Assembly (NCBI GenBank): GCA_963815115.1
Contig: CAWFFN010000009.1
Coordinates: 256,001-320,000, forward strand
Direction: 5' to 3'
DNA length: 64,000 nt
Source: an uncultured delta proteobacterium
GTDB lineage: Bacteria > Desulfobacterota > Binatia > DP-6
A program made the position numbers and the translations under genes. The notes beneath the pieces were generated by a model. The model saw nothing but the letters and a program-made list of their open reading frames with translations. It ran no database searches and had not been told where the DNA came from. Below, one piece after another: positions 41,715-51,800 of this stretch. Within the stretch, counting starts at the first letter, position 1, and each line of letters starts with the position of its first letter.

Positions 41715-42647
41715 TTGAGGCCCTCGCCGATCGGAAAGCCGGCGCGCATCCGGAGCGGGGACGTCGTCGGAGTGGTGGCTCCGTCCGGTGTGGTGGCGGA
41801 GGAGCGGCTCGGAGCTGGCGTTCGCGTGCTCGAGAGCCTGGGGCTGCGGGTGGTCGCCGGCGAGTCGGTGCTCGCACGCCGGGCGTACCTCGCCGGCTCC
41901 GATGCGGAGCGTGGCGCGGACCTGCAACGCATGCTGGACGACCCTGCGATCCGCGCCGTGTTCTGCGCTCGCGGCGGGTTCGGCGCGCAGCGAATCATCC
42001 CGGCGCTCGATCTCGACACGGTCCGCCGTCAGCCCAAGCCCGTCATCGGCTACAGCGACGCCACGGCGCTGCTGGCCGCGCTGGTGCGCGCCGGCGTCGT
42101 CGGAATCCACGGTCCGATGGTGGCCGTCGACCTCGCCCGCGGTCTGTCGGCGCGCTCGCTGTCGCACCTCGAGCACGTGCTCGCCGATCCGGCGTATCTG
42201 TGGGAGGTGGAGGTGCCCGTCTCCGTCCGTCCGGGACGTGCCAGGGGGAGGCTGCTCGGTGGAACGCTCTCGGTCCTCGCCACCACGTTCGGCACGCCCT
42301 ACGCGCCCGACCTCGACGATGCCGTCCTCTTCCTCGAGGACGTCCACGAGTGGCCCTACCGGCTCGATCGGCTGCTCACGCAGCTCCGGCAGTCGGGCAA
42401 GCTCGAGCGGGTCGCCGGTGTCGTGTTCGGCACCATGGCGGCGTGTCGCATCCTCGACGGGATGAGCGCCATCGAGGTGATACGCGACGCGTTCGATGGA
42501 GCGCCTTATCCCGTCGGCTTCGGCCTCCCCGCCGGCCACGATCCGGCAGCCACCGGCGTGGAGAACGTCGCGCTGCCCTTCGGGGTCGAGGTCGAGCTCG
42601 ACGTCGACCGCGGACGACTGCTGGCGCTGGAGCCGGCCGTCGTCTGA
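41715..42647 (+). CDS. ldcA: LD-carboxypeptidase (S66)
   Basis: VVAPSG, ARGGFG, GYSDAT, LFLEDV and GH motifs; the GTG at 41703 lies inside the predicted -10 box, so TTG 41715 is preferred. Confidence 0.88.
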   Translation: MRPSPIGKPARIRSGDVVGVVAPSGVVAEERLGAGVRVLESLGLRVVAGESVLARRAYLAGSDAERGADLQRMLDDPAIRAVFCARGGFGAQRIIPALDLDTVRRQPKPVIGYSDATALLAALVRAGVVGIHGPMVAVDLARGLSARSLSHLEHVLADPAYLWEVEVPVSVRPGRARGRLLGGTLSVLATTFGTPYAPDLDDAVLFLEDVHEWPYRLDRLLTQLRQSGKLERVAGVVFGTMAACRILDGMSAIEVIRDAFDGAPYPVGFGLPAGHDPAATGVENVALPFGVEVELDVDRGRLLALEPAVV

Positions 42648-42654
42648 GCCGTCC

Positions 42655-43836
42655 ATGACGCTCCCCAGCCCGGCGCGAGGTGGCTTCGAGCAGGTCACGG
42701 CCATCATCAACGAGGCCGTCGCGGCCGGCGCGTTCCCCGGCGCCGTCCTGCTGGTCGCCCAGCGCGGCGAGGTGCTCCATCACGCCGCCTTCGGGTCGCG
42801 CAGCGTCGATCCCCAGCGCACCCCCATGGAGCGGCACACGGTGTTCGATCTGTCGTCGCTCACCAAGCCGCTCGCGACCACCACCGCCGTGATGCTGCTG
42901 GTGCGCGAAGGCAAGCTGCGCGTCGAGGACCGGGTCACCCGTTTCATCCCGAACTTCGGCGTGTACGGCAAGGCCGGCATCAGCGTGCACCATCTGCTCG
43001 CCCACTGCTCGGGGCTGGCGGCATGGCGCCCATTTCACACCGAGGTCGCGGAGGCGGCACGCAGCCGGCGGTCTCCCAGTCTCGCGACCCGCAGCCGGCG
43101 GTCTCCCAGTCTCGCGACCCGCAGCGCGCGCGAGTTCATCTACGAGCAGATCCACCGGGCGCGCCTCGAGTACCCGCCAGCCTCGCGCAGCCTCTACAGC
43201 GATCTCGGCTTCCTGGTGCTGGGAGAGCTGGTGGAGCTGGTTGCCGGCGCGACGCTCGATCGCGTCTGCCACGAGCGCATCTTCCGGCCACTCGGGCTGC
43301 GATCGACCGGCTTCGTCGACCTCGAGCGCCTGCGCCTGGAGCGCCTCGCGCCGGTGGCGTCCACGATCGCGCCCACCGAGCGCTGCCCGAGGCGAGGGAA
43401 GGTGCTGTGCGGCGAGGTGCACGACGACAACGCCTGGGCGGCGGGCGGCGTCGCCGGCCACGCCGGCCTGTTCGCGAGTGCGGCCGACGTGCATGCGCTC
43501 GTGTGCCGGCTGCGCGCCTGCGCCCTCGGCGAGGATCCGTTCCTGCCCGCCGATGTGGTGCGGCGCTTCTGGACCCGCGACGCCCTGGTGCACGATTCGA
43601 CGTGGGCGCTCGGCTGGGACACGCCCTCGGCCACGGGCTCGAGCGCGGGAGCGAAGGTGAGCCGGCACGCCGTGGGCCACCTCGGCTTCACCGGGACCTC
43701 GATCTGGATCGATCTCGAGCGCGACGCGCACGTGATCTTCTTGACCAACCGCGTGCACCCCAGTCGCCAGGACGAGCGCATCCGCGAGGTGCGTCCGCGC
43801 GTGCACGACGCGGTGTGGGAAGCGCTCGACGGATGA
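42655..43836 (+). CDS. Serine hydrolase, beta-lactamase/AmiE-like family
   Basis: SLTK (SxxK), YSDLG, GEVHDDNA and GHLGFTGTS motifs. Confidence 0.88.
   Translation: MTLPSPARGGFEQVTAIINEAVAAGAFPGAVLLVAQRGEVLHHAAFGSRSVDPQRTPMERHTVFDLSSLTKPLATTTAVMLLVREGKLRVEDRVTRFIPNFGVYGKAGISVHHLLAHCSGLAAWRPFHTEVAEAARSRRSPSLATRSRRSPSLATRSAREFIYEQIHRARLEYPPASRSLYSDLGFLVLGELVELVAGATLDRVCHERIFRPLGLRSTGFVDLERLRLERLAPVASTIAPTERCPRRGKVLCGEVHDDNAWAAGGVAGHAGLFASAADVHALVCRLRACALGEDPFLPADVVRRFWTRDALVHDSTWALGWDTPSATGSSAGAKVSRHAVGHLGFTGTSIWIDLERDAHVIFLTNRVHPSRQDERIREVRPRVHDAVWEALDG
43061..43125 (+). repeat. Perfect 30-bp tandem duplication inside the serine hydrolase
   Basis: GCAGCCGGCGGTCTCCCAGTCTCGCGACCC twice plus GCAGC; duplicates RSRRSPSLAT in frame. 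Confidence 0.95.
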
Positions 43837-45224
43837 AGGTTCATCTGATCGCCGCCTGCGGCGTCGGCATGAGCGCGCTCGCGGTGTTGCTGCGTGAGGC
43901 GGGGCACACGGTGAGCGGCTCGGACGAGCAGGCCTATCCCCCCGCGAGCACCGTGCTGCGCGCGATCGGCGTCACCCTGTCCGCGGGCTGGGAGCCGCGG
44001 CGGCTGGCCGGCGTCGACCTCGTCATCTGCGGAAACGCGGTGACGCGCCACAACCCGGAGGCGGCGGCGGCCCGCGAGCAGGGCATGCGCACCATGTCGT
44101 TCCCGCAGGCCCTCGAGGAGCTCTTCCTGGTCGAGCGCCGGCCGCTGGTGGTGGCCGGAACGCACGGCAAGACCACCTCGGCTTCCATGCTGGCGTTCGT
44201 GCTCCAGCGCTGCGGCCGCGATCCCGGCTGGCTGATCGGCGGCGCGCCTCGCGATCTTCCGTCCAGCGCCGCACTCGGCGGCAGCCCCTGGTTCGTCGTC
44301 GAGGGCGACGAGTACGACAGCGCGTACTTCGACAAGGAGCCGAAGTTCCTCCACTACCGGCCCCACGCGTTGCTGCTCACGGCGGTCGAGTTCGACCACG
44401 CCGACATCTACCGCGACCTGGACGCGGTGAAGGCGGCCTTCCGGAAGCTCCTCGGCCTGCTGCGCCCCGGCGCGCCGCTGGTGGCGTGCGGCGACTTCCC
44501 GCACCTGCTGGACGTGCTCGCGGGGACCTCGGCGGACGTCGGGCGCTTCGGGCTCGGCGAGGCGAACAGGTGGCGAGTGACCGATCTGGTCGACGACGGT
44601 CTGACCCACTTCCGCATCCGGGACGGTGACGAGGCGGTCTGCGAGGTGACCCTGCAGGCGCCGGGGCCGATCAACGCGCGCAACGCGCTCGGCGTGCTCC
44701 TCGTGGCGCGCGAGCTCGGCGTGTCCTGGAACGCCGGGGCGGCAGCCCTGCGCCAGTTCCGGGGCGTGAGTCGCCGTCAGGAGATCGTCGGCGAGTCCCG
44801 TGGCGTCACCGTGATCGACGACTTCGCCCACCATCCGACGGCGGTCGCGGGCACGCTGGCGGCGCTGCGCCTGCGCTATCCGGGCCGCCGGCTGCGCGCC
44901 GTGTTCGAACCGCGCTCCAACACGAGCCGGCGCCGGGTCTTCGAGCACGAGTTCGGGGACGCGCTGGCCCGTGCCGACGAGGTCGTGCTCGCTGCAGTGT
45001 TCGTGAAGGCGAACGACCCGATTCCAGAGGCCGAGCGGCTCTCGCCCGATACGATCGTCGAGCAGGTCGCCCGGCGCGGCATCCCGGCGCGGACCATCGA
45101 CGGCGTGGGGCCGATCCGCGACTACCTGGTCTCCTCCGTCCGATCCGGTGACGTCATCGTCATCATGTCGAACGGCTCCTTCGGAGGACTGCCGAGGCTC
45201 GTCTCCGACGCGCTCGGTGCATAG
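43833..45224 (+). CDS. mpl: UDP-MurNAc:tripeptide ligase (Mpl, MurC-like)
   Basis: GTHGKTT, EGDEYDSAYFDK, EFDHADIY, DDFAHHPTA and FEPRSNT motifs. Confidence 0.92.
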   Translation: MKVHLIAACGVGMSALAVLLREAGHTVSGSDEQAYPPASTVLRAIGVTLSAGWEPRRLAGVDLVICGNAVTRHNPEAAAAREQGMRTMSFPQALEELFLVERRPLVVAGTHGKTTSASMLAFVLQRCGRDPGWLIGGAPRDLPSSAALGGSPWFVVEGDEYDSAYFDKEPKFLHYRPHALLLTAVEFDHADIYRDLDAVKAAFRKLLGLLRPGAPLVACGDFPHLLDVLAGTSADVGRFGLGEANRWRVTDLVDDGLTHFRIRDGDEAVCEVTLQAPGPINARNALGVLLVARELGVSWNAGAAALRQFRGVSRRQEIVGESRGVTVIDDFAHHPTAVAGTLAALRLRYPGRRLRAVFEPRSNTSRRRVFEHEFGDALARADEVVLAAVFVKANDPIPEAERLSPDTIVEQVARRGIPARTIDGVGPIRDYLVSSVRSGDVIVIMSNGSFGGLPRLVSDALGA

Positions 45225-47218
45225 AGCTGGCGGTAGATCTCGTAGTGCTGGATGACCGCTTTCACGTAGTCGCGCGTCTCCCGGTAGCTGATCAGCTCGA
45301 CGAACTCGTCCTCCGGACGTCCGCCGTACCGCCGCTCCCATCGGCCGACGGCGTCCTCGCCGGCGTTGTACGCGGCGAGCGCCTTCACGCGGGATCCGCC
45401 ATAGCGATCGAGAAGCCGCCGGAGCAGCGACGTGCCGAGGTCGACGTTGGTCGCCACCCGGTGCAACGCCTCTCGATCGGGGGGCGGCAGCCCCGAGGCC
45501 GCCGCCAGGTCACGCGCGGTGCTCGGAAGCAGCTGCATGAGCCCGTGCGCGTCGGCCGGCGAGACCGCGTCCGGGAAGAAGAGGCTTTCCTGCCTGATGA
45601 GGGCCGCCACCAGCAGGGGATCGAGGCCACGGGCCTCGGCCATGGGCCGGACCACTTCCCAGTAGCCGAGGGGGTAGAGGTAGCGTCGCTCCGTGTTCGT
45701 GACGGAGGAGCGTGCGAGACGGAGTGCCGGCCCCGGCGCGTCGACGGCGGCGTAGGCCTGGAGCAGCGAAGCCGTCGAGGCCGAGGGCGCGAGGGCTTCC
45801 AGCTCGCGCTGAGCCAGGCGATGCAGGCCGAGCTCGGCGTAGCGCCGCGCCCGGTCGGCGTGCGGACCGGCGAGCGACTCGGGAAACGGCGGCAGCCGGG
45901 CCTCCAGGTCCCGCGTCGGCCCGGAAGCGGTCGCGATGCCCAGCCGGGCAGTCGCGAGCACGCCGTAGAACGTCTCGCCATGCTGCTGCGCGACGTGTGT
46001 GAGCTTCGCCTTCGCCTCCGGCGCGCCGGCATACTCGAGCGCCCGCGCCTCCCAGTATTCGGCGGCCACGCGGGTATCGTGCTCGCTCTCGCCGGCGAGC
46101 CGCGCGAATATCCTGGCCGCGTCGGGGAAGTCGCCCCCCATGTAGCGAACCCAGCCTGCCCGCCAGCGCGCTTCCTGAGCGGAGCGGGCGGAGGGATAGC
46201 GTTCCGCGAGCGAGGTGTAGGAGGCGTAGGCGGCGTCGAAGTCGCCGACTTCCTGCTGGATGCGTCCCATGGCGTAGAGCGCTTCCGGTGCCTCGCTGCT
46301 GCTGGGGAAGCGCCGGGCCAGATCCCGGAAGAGCTTGAGCGCGGTGGCGTCGTCGTCTGCGTTCCAGCGCCAGTGCGCGGCCTGACCGAGCGCCCGCGCG
46401 CTGTAGGCGCCGAGGTCGCTGGTGGCAAGCGCCAGGCAGAGCGCCTCGGCCGCTTCCGGGTGGCCGAGTGCCCGCTCGGCCCGGGCCTGGATCCAGAGCG
46501 CGCGGTCTCGTGCCTCGCGGCCGGGTCCGGAAGCCAGGACGACGAGCGCCTCGCGCTGCGCTCCCCGGGCATCACCCTCCGCCAGGCGAAGGTCGCCCTC
46601 GTCGAGACGCTCCTCCGGGCTCTCCTCCTCTCCGGCGCTCTGCCGGATGCGTTCGGCGAGACGCTGGACGCGGCGCATCGCCAGCCCACGCGGCTTGGAA
46701 TCGCGCAGATCGTCGACCACGGCCTGCGCCTCGCCGTCGTCACCCAGCTCGTGGGCCACCTCGGCCCGGCTCAGGCTCGCGATCGCGGCCTCGGGCTCGC
46801 CCGCTGGCAGCTTCGCCGCAGCGGCCTCGAACGCGTCACGCGCCCCGTTCAAATCCCCGGTTCGACGCCGAACGCGCCCCACATCGAGCTGCGCGTGCCC
46901 GGCCCAGATCGAGCCGGGAAAGCCGTCGACGAGGGTCCGGGCGATCGCCGTGGCCTCTCGGGCGTCGCCGGCTGCGACCGCCGTGCGGAGCTGCAGATAC
47001 AGGATGAGATCCCCGAGCTCGGCGTGGGTGGCGGCCTCGGCCAGCTTCGCCGGGAAGGCCGGGCCGACGTGCTTCCCGCCCGTTTCCGGGGTCCCGGGCT
47101 GATCGCCCGTGGCGACCGGCTGGTGGGTGTCGCGTGCGGAGTCGATGGTCGACTCTGGCCTGAGGCAGCCCGCGGCCATCACCAGCCCGGCAACCCAGCG
47201 CGCCGATCGGTGCCGCAT
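45122..47218 (-). CDS. Soluble lytic transglycosylase (Slt-like) with TPR region, probable lipoprotein
   Basis: IRQES, GLMQL, AYNAG and ETRDYV motifs; AAGC lipobox. Confidence 0.9.
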   Translation of the reverse strand: MRHRSARWVAGLVMAAGCLRPESTIDSARDTHQPVATGDQPGTPETGGKHVGPAFPAKLAEAATHAELGDLILYLQLRTAVAAGDAREATAIARTLVDGFPGSIWAGHAQLDVGRVRRRTGDLNGARDAFEAAAAKLPAGEPEAAIASLSRAEVAHELGDDGEAQAVVDDLRDSKPRGLAMRRVQRLAERIRQSAGEEESPEERLDEGDLRLAEGDARGAQREALVVLASGPGREARDRALWIQARAERALGHPEAAEALCLALATSDLGAYSARALGQAAHWRWNADDDATALKLFRDLARRFPSSSEAPEALYAMGRIQQEVGDFDAAYASYTSLAERYPSARSAQEARWRAGWVRYMGGDFPDAARIFARLAGESEHDTRVAAEYWEARALEYAGAPEAKAKLTHVAQQHGETFYGVLATARLGIATASGPTRDLEARLPPFPESLAGPHADRARRYAELGLHRLAQRELEALAPSASTASLLQAYAAVDAPGPALRLARSSVTNTERRYLYPLGYWEVVRPMAEARGLDPLLVAALIRQESLFFPDAVSPADAHGLMQLLPSTARDLAAASGLPPPDREALHRVATNVDLGTSLLRRLLDRYGGSRVKALAAYNAGEDAVGRWERRYGGRPEDEFVELISYRETRDYVKAVIQHYEIYRQLYAPSASETSLGSPPKEPFDMMTMTSPDRTEETR

Positions 47219-47287
47219 GACGGCATCTCCCGGCTACCATGCGCTCGGAACGCCGGCAACTTGACTCGTGCGCCGGTCGCCCGGACC

Positions 47288-48016
47288 ATGCCCGGCGTGC
47301 TGGCCGCCGCCGACGACACGACGACGTACATTGCCGCCGCACGGGCGGAGATTGCCGCCGCCGCACGCCGTGCGGGTCGCGACCCGGCGGCGGTACGGAT
47401 CATCGCCGTCACCAAGACGCTGCCGCCGGCCGCCGCCGTCGCGGCGCTCGCCGGCGGCATCGCCGATATCGGGGAAAATTACGTACAGGAGGCGACCCGC
47501 AAGCGCGCTGCCGTCAGCGGGCCCGCCACGTGGCATCTGATCGGCGGACTGCAACGGAACAAGGTGCGCGCCGCCCTTCGGGTCTTCGACTGGGTGCACA
47601 CCGTCGACTCGACCGAGCTGGCGGTCGCACTCCAGGCCGAGGCGCAGTCGCTCGGCCGGCGTCTCGCGAGTCTGATCCAGGTGAATCTGAGTGGTGCGGT
47701 GGGGCAGCGGGGCGCGGAGCCGGAACGGGTCGAGGCGCTCGCTCGATCCGTCCTCGGCCAGCCGTCGCTCGTTCTGCAGGGCTTGATGACGATCGCGCCC
47801 GCCGATGCGGCCCCGGAGACTCTCCGGAGCCACTTCCGGAGCGCGCGGGAGCTGCGCGACGAGGTCGGCCGGCGTCTCGGGGTTGAATTGCCCCACCTCT
47901 CTATGGGAATGAGCGATGATTTCTCGCTCGCCGTCGAAGAGGGCGCGACGTTCGTGCGGCTGGGGCGTGCGCTCTTCGGGCCTCGTCGATCTCGCTCCTG
48001 GCGGGAGGGTGCATGA
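47288..48016 (+). CDS. yggS: PLP homeostasis protein YggS
   Basis: AVTKT, GENYVQE, WHLIGGLQRNK and LSMGMSDD motifs. Confidence 0.93.
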   Translation: MPGVLAAADDTTTYIAAARAEIAAAARRAGRDPAAVRIIAVTKTLPPAAAVAALAGGIADIGENYVQEATRKRAAVSGPATWHLIGGLQRNKVRAALRVFDWVHTVDSTELAVALQAEAQSLGRRLASLIQVNLSGAVGQRGAEPERVEALARSVLGQPSLVLQGLMTIAPADAAPETLRSHFRSARELRDEVGRRLGVELPHLSMGMSDDFSLAVEEGATFVRLGRALFGPRRSRSWREGA

Positions 48017-48822
48017 AGAAGATTGGCTTCATCGGAGCGGGCAACATGGCAGGAGCGCTCATCCGGGGTCTCCTCGCCTCTCAGCGTTTCAAGCCGGATG
48101 ACATCTGGGTGTCGGACCCAGTCGATTCCCAGGTCCGGCGGCTCAAGCGCGCGCACAAGGTGGATGGGACGCGCGACAATCGGCTTCTCGTCAAGCAGTC
48201 CCAGAGCGTCATCCTCGCCGTGAAGCCACAGATCATGGCCGCGGTGCTGGAGGAGATCCGCGTGGAGGCCACCCCGAAGAAGCTGTTCGTCTCGATCGCG
48301 GCAGGTTTCCCCCTGCGCCGTCTCGAGACCGGGCTCGGCGGCCAGGCGCGCGTGGTTCGGGTCATGCCGAACACACCCGTCCTCGTCGGTCGGGGCGTTT
48401 CCGTGGCCGTCGCGGGGAGCAAGGCCACGCCGGCTGATCTCAAGCAGACGCTCAAGCTGTTCAAGGCGGTCGGAGAGGCGGTGTCGATCACGGGTGAGGA
48501 CCTGCTGGATGCCGTCACGGCCCTCTCGGGCAGCGGGCCCGCCTTCGTTTACCTGTTCGCGGAGAGCCTCATCGAGGGCGGTGTCCGGGGCGGCCTACCG
48601 CAGAACCTGGCGACCCAGCTCGCCTACGCCACCATCGGCGGCGCCGCCTCGATGCTGGGCGAGAGCGGGCTCTCCGCTCGCGAGCTGCGCGACATGGTCA
48701 TCTCCCCGGGAGGGACCACGCTCGCGGGCCTGGGTGCGCTGGAGCAGCATCACTTCCGCGAGGCGGTGATCACCGCGGTGGAGACCGCGACGCGGCGGGC
48801 CCGAGAGCTCGCCGCCGCCTGA
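48013..48822 (+). CDS. proC: Pyrroline-5-carboxylate reductase
   Basis: GFIGAGNMA, RVMPNTP, SGSGPAF and SPGGTT motifs. Confidence 0.96.
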   Translation: MKKIGFIGAGNMAGALIRGLLASQRFKPDDIWVSDPVDSQVRRLKRAHKVDGTRDNRLLVKQSQSVILAVKPQIMAAVLEEIRVEATPKKLFVSIAAGFPLRRLETGLGGQARVVRVMPNTPVLVGRGVSVAVAGSKATPADLKQTLKLFKAVGEAVSITGEDLLDAVTALSGSGPAFVYLFAESLIEGGVRGGLPQNLATQLAYATIGGAASMLGESGLSARELRDMVISPGGTTLAGLGALEQHHFREAVITAVETATRRARELAAA

Positions 48823-48833
48823 GGTCCTCGGAC

Positions 48834-49169
48834 GTGGGAATCGTGCTCCGGCAGGTGATCCTCGCGATCGCGACGATTCTCAACAGCCTCCTCACGCTCT
48901 ACTTCTGGATACTTCTCGCGGCGGCGGTGATCTCGTGGGTGAGCCCGGATCCGAACAACCCGATCGTGCGCTTCCTGCGCGCGGTCACCGACCCGGTGCT
49001 CTACCGGGTCCGCCGGGCGTTGCCCTTCGTCTACGCGGCGGGCATCGACTTCTCGCCCCTCGTGGTGATGCTGGCCATCCAGTTCGTGAAGATGGTCGTC
49101 GTGCAGAGTCTCTACGAGCTGGCGGTGCAGATCGCCGCGTCCGCGCTCGACGGTCGCCGCCTTGGTTGA
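48834..49169 (+). CDS. yggT: YggT family membrane protein
   Basis: SWVSPDPNNPIVRFL and GIDFSPL motifs. Confidence 0.92.
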   Translation: MGIVLRQVILAIATILNSLLTLYFWILLAAAVISWVSPDPNNPIVRFLRAVTDPVLYRVRRALPFVYAAGIDFSPLVVMLAIQFVKMVVVQSLYELAVQIAASALDGRRLG

Positions 49170-49491
49170 ACCCGGCTGGGTGCTCCCGATCGCCGGGGGC
49201 AGCGTGCTGCGGCTCCACGTGCGCCCGGGGGCGTCGAGACCTGGTCTGGACGGCCTCCACGGCGGTGCCCTTGCGCTCCGCGTCGGCGCGCGTCCGGTCG
49301 GCGGAGCGGCCAACCGCGAGGTACTCCAGGTCCTGGCCGGCGCCCTCGGCGTCGCCATCTCGAGCCTGGAGATCGCCGGGGGACACCGCGGCCGGGAGAA
49401 GCGGATCCGGGTGCGCGGCCTCGATCCGCCCCGGGTGCGGGAGAGACTCGCCCCGCTCCTCCAGTTTGACAGGGCGGAGACCCGTGATTAA
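49162..49491 (+). CDS. DUF167 / YggU family protein
   Basis: VRPGAS, GAANREV and GHRGREK motifs; cluster context. Confidence 0.88.
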   Translation: MVEPGWVLPIAGGSVLRLHVRPGASRPGLDGLHGGALALRVGARPVGGAANREVLQVLAGALGVAISSLEIAGGHRGREKRIRVRGLDPPRVRERLAPLLQFDRAETRD

Positions 49492-49500
49492 GCCCGCCTC

Positions 49501-49845
49501 ATGCCGATCTACGAGTACCGGTGCGAGAAATGCGGGGTTTTCGAGGAGACGCAGCGTATCACCGACCCCGCCCTCGAGCGGTGCCCGACCTGTCGGCGCA
49601 AGGTACGGCGCCTCATCTCGAACACCAGCTTCCAGCTGAAGGGTGGCGGGTGGTACGTGACCGACTACGGGCGGGCCGGTCAACAGGGCCAGAAGACAGG
49701 CGAAAAGTCCGGCGAAAGCTCGTCCAGCGGGAGCGAGTCCAGCAAGGACACCGGCGGGTCGAGCGTGGACTCGTCCAGCACCAGCGACCGCAAGAGCACG
49801 GGCAAGAAGAAGGCAGAGGCCAAGGCCGCATCGGCCGACGCCTGA
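49501..49845 (+). CDS. FmdB family zinc-ribbon protein
   Basis: [12 protein letters not shown]...CPTC...[13 protein letters not shown]. Confidence 0.93.
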   Translation: MPIYEYRCEKCGVFEETQRITDPALERCPTCRRKVRRLISNTSFQLKGGGWYVTDYGRAGQQGQKTGEKSGESSSSGSESSKDTGGSSVDSSSTSDRKSTGKKKAEAKAASADA

Positions 49846-51800
49846 CCCCGCCGACCGTCGTCGTCGGGACGGATACCGGCGGCACCTTCACGGATTTTGT
49901 CGCGCTGGTCGGGCGGCGCCTGCTCGTGTTGAAGGTGCGCTCGACGCCCGCCGACCCGGCGCGCGCCGTCAGCGAGGGACTCCGCCAGCTCGTCCCCGGG
50001 ACCGCGCCACGCTTGCACTACGGCTCGACCGTGGCGACGAACGCGCTGCTCGAACGGCGCGGCGCGCGGGTCGTCCTGCTCACCACCCGGGGTTTCGAGG
50101 ATCTCCTCGAGATCGGCCGCCAGACGCGTCCCGAGCTGTACGATCTCGAGCCTCGACGACCCGAGCCGCCCGTGCCGGCATCCCGTCGCATCGGGCTGCC
50201 CGAGCGCGTGCTGGTCGACGGCCGCATCGAACAGTCCCTCGACCGGCGCGCGGTCGCGCGGGCCGTCGCCGACGTCCGCCGCCACCACGCCGAAGCGGTG
50301 GCGATCTGTCTCCTCCACAGCTACCAGAACCCGGCGCACGAGGCCCGTCTGGTTGGTGCCCTGCGCGGCTCCGGGTTGCACGTGACGGCATCGCACCGGT
50401 TGCTGCGCGAGTACCGCGAGTACGAGCGCCTGGCGACCACGGTGGTGAATGCGTACGTCGGTCCTCTGATGGCGGCGCATCTCCGTCGCCTCGGGATCGG
50501 CGCGCGCGGCGGGCTGCGCGTCATGCAATCGAACGGCGGGCTGGTCGGCGGGGCGACGGCGGTCGCCGAGCCGGTGCGGACGGTGCTCTCCGGTCCGGCG
50601 GGTGGCGTGGCGGGTGCTTCCGATCGTGCCCGCCGGGCGGGATTCGATCGCGTCGTCACGCTCGACATGGGTGGCACGTCGACCGACGTCAGCCTGGTCG
50701 ACGGCACCGCCGCGTACCGCAGCGAGACGACCGTCGCCGGCATGCCGGTGCGGGTGCCGGCGATCGACATCCATACCGTGGGCGCGGGCGGCGGCTCCCT
50801 TGCACGCATCGACGCGGGCGGCGCCCTGCGCGTCGGGCCCGAGAGCGCGGGAGCCGATCCGGGGCCGGCCTGCTACGGCAGTGGAACGCGGCCGACCGTG
50901 ACCGACGCGAATCTCGTCCTCGGCAGGCTGGTCGAGACGGAGTTCCTCGGCGGCGGCATGCGCCTCGACGCCGAGCGCGCCCGGCAGGCGCTCACCGCGA
51001 TCGCCCGTCGGCTCGGCCGCCCGGTCGAGGCCGCCGCGGCCGGCGTGCTGGCAGTGGTGACGGCCGCCATGGAGCGGGCACTGCGCGTGATCACGGTCGA
51101 GCGCGGACACGACCCGCGGGACTTCGTGCTCGTCGCCTTCGGCGGTGCCGGCGGCCTGCACGCCGCAGACCTCGCGCGCTCGCTCGGCATGCGGCGCGTG
51201 TACGTACCGCGCCATCCCGGATTGCTCTCGGCCTGGGGCGTACTGTCCGCCGAGGTCATGCGCGACGCGAGTCGCACGCTGCGCCGCGTGTCACCGCCGC
51301 AGGCCGTGCTCGATCGTGGCTTTCGCGACCTCGAGGCGCCGCTGCGGCGGGCGCTCGCGCGCGACGGCGTCGAGCGGCCGCACCTCGATCGCCTCCTCGA
51401 CGTGCGCTACGCCGGACAGTCCTACGAGGTGACGGTTCCCTGTGCGGCGGGGTGGCCGGCGGACTTCCACGCGCGCCACCGGCGGCTCTTCGGCCATGCG
51501 GCACCCGATCGGCCACTCGAGGTGGTGACGCTCCGCCTGCGCGCCCGCGGCGAGCGGCTTCGGCTGCCCCGGGAGCGCGCGCCGCGCGGCACCGCGGCGC
51601 CCCCCACCACGAGGAGGGTGTACTTCGACGGCCGTGCGACGTCGGCGAGGGTCTACCGCCGCGACCACCTGAGCGCAGGCCGGCGGCTGCGCGGTCCGGC
51701 CGTGATCTGCGAGTACAGCGCCACGACACTGGTGCCGCCCGGCTGGCGGCTGCTGGTCGAGCCGCTCGGCGGCCTGGTTCTGGAGGACCGCGATGCGTGA
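49842..51800 (+). CDS. Hydantoinase/5-oxoprolinase subunit A; probable CTG start
   Basis: [33 protein letters not shown] and [11 protein letters not shown] motifs; no plausible canonical start between the FmdB stop and the first motif. Confidence 0.9.
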   Translation: MTPPTVVVGTDTGGTFTDFVALVGRRLLVLKVRSTPADPARAVSEGLRQLVPGTAPRLHYGSTVATNALLERRGARVVLLTTRGFEDLLEIGRQTRPELYDLEPRRPEPPVPASRRIGLPERVLVDGRIEQSLDRRAVARAVADVRRHHAEAVAICLLHSYQNPAHEARLVGALRGSGLHVTASHRLLREYREYERLATTVVNAYVGPLMAAHLRRLGIGARGGLRVMQSNGGLVGGATAVAEPVRTVLSGPAGGVAGASDRARRAGFDRVVTLDMGGTSTDVSLVDGTAAYRSETTVAGMPVRVPAIDIHTVGAGGGSLARIDAGGALRVGPESAGADPGPACYGSGTRPTVTDANLVLGRLVETEFLGGGMRLDAERARQALTAIARRLGRPVEAAAAGVLAVVTAAMERALRVITVERGHDPRDFVLVAFGGAGGLHAADLARSLGMRRVYVPRHPGLLSAWGVLSAEVMRDASRTLRRVSPPQAVLDRGFRDLEAPLRRALARDGVERPHLDRLLDVRYAGQSYEVTVPCAAGWPADFHARHRRLFGHAAPDRPLEVVTLRLRARGERLRLPRERAPRGTAAPPTTRRVYFDGRATSARVYRRDHLSAGRRLRGPAVICEYSATTLVPPGWRLLVEPLGGLVLEDRDA

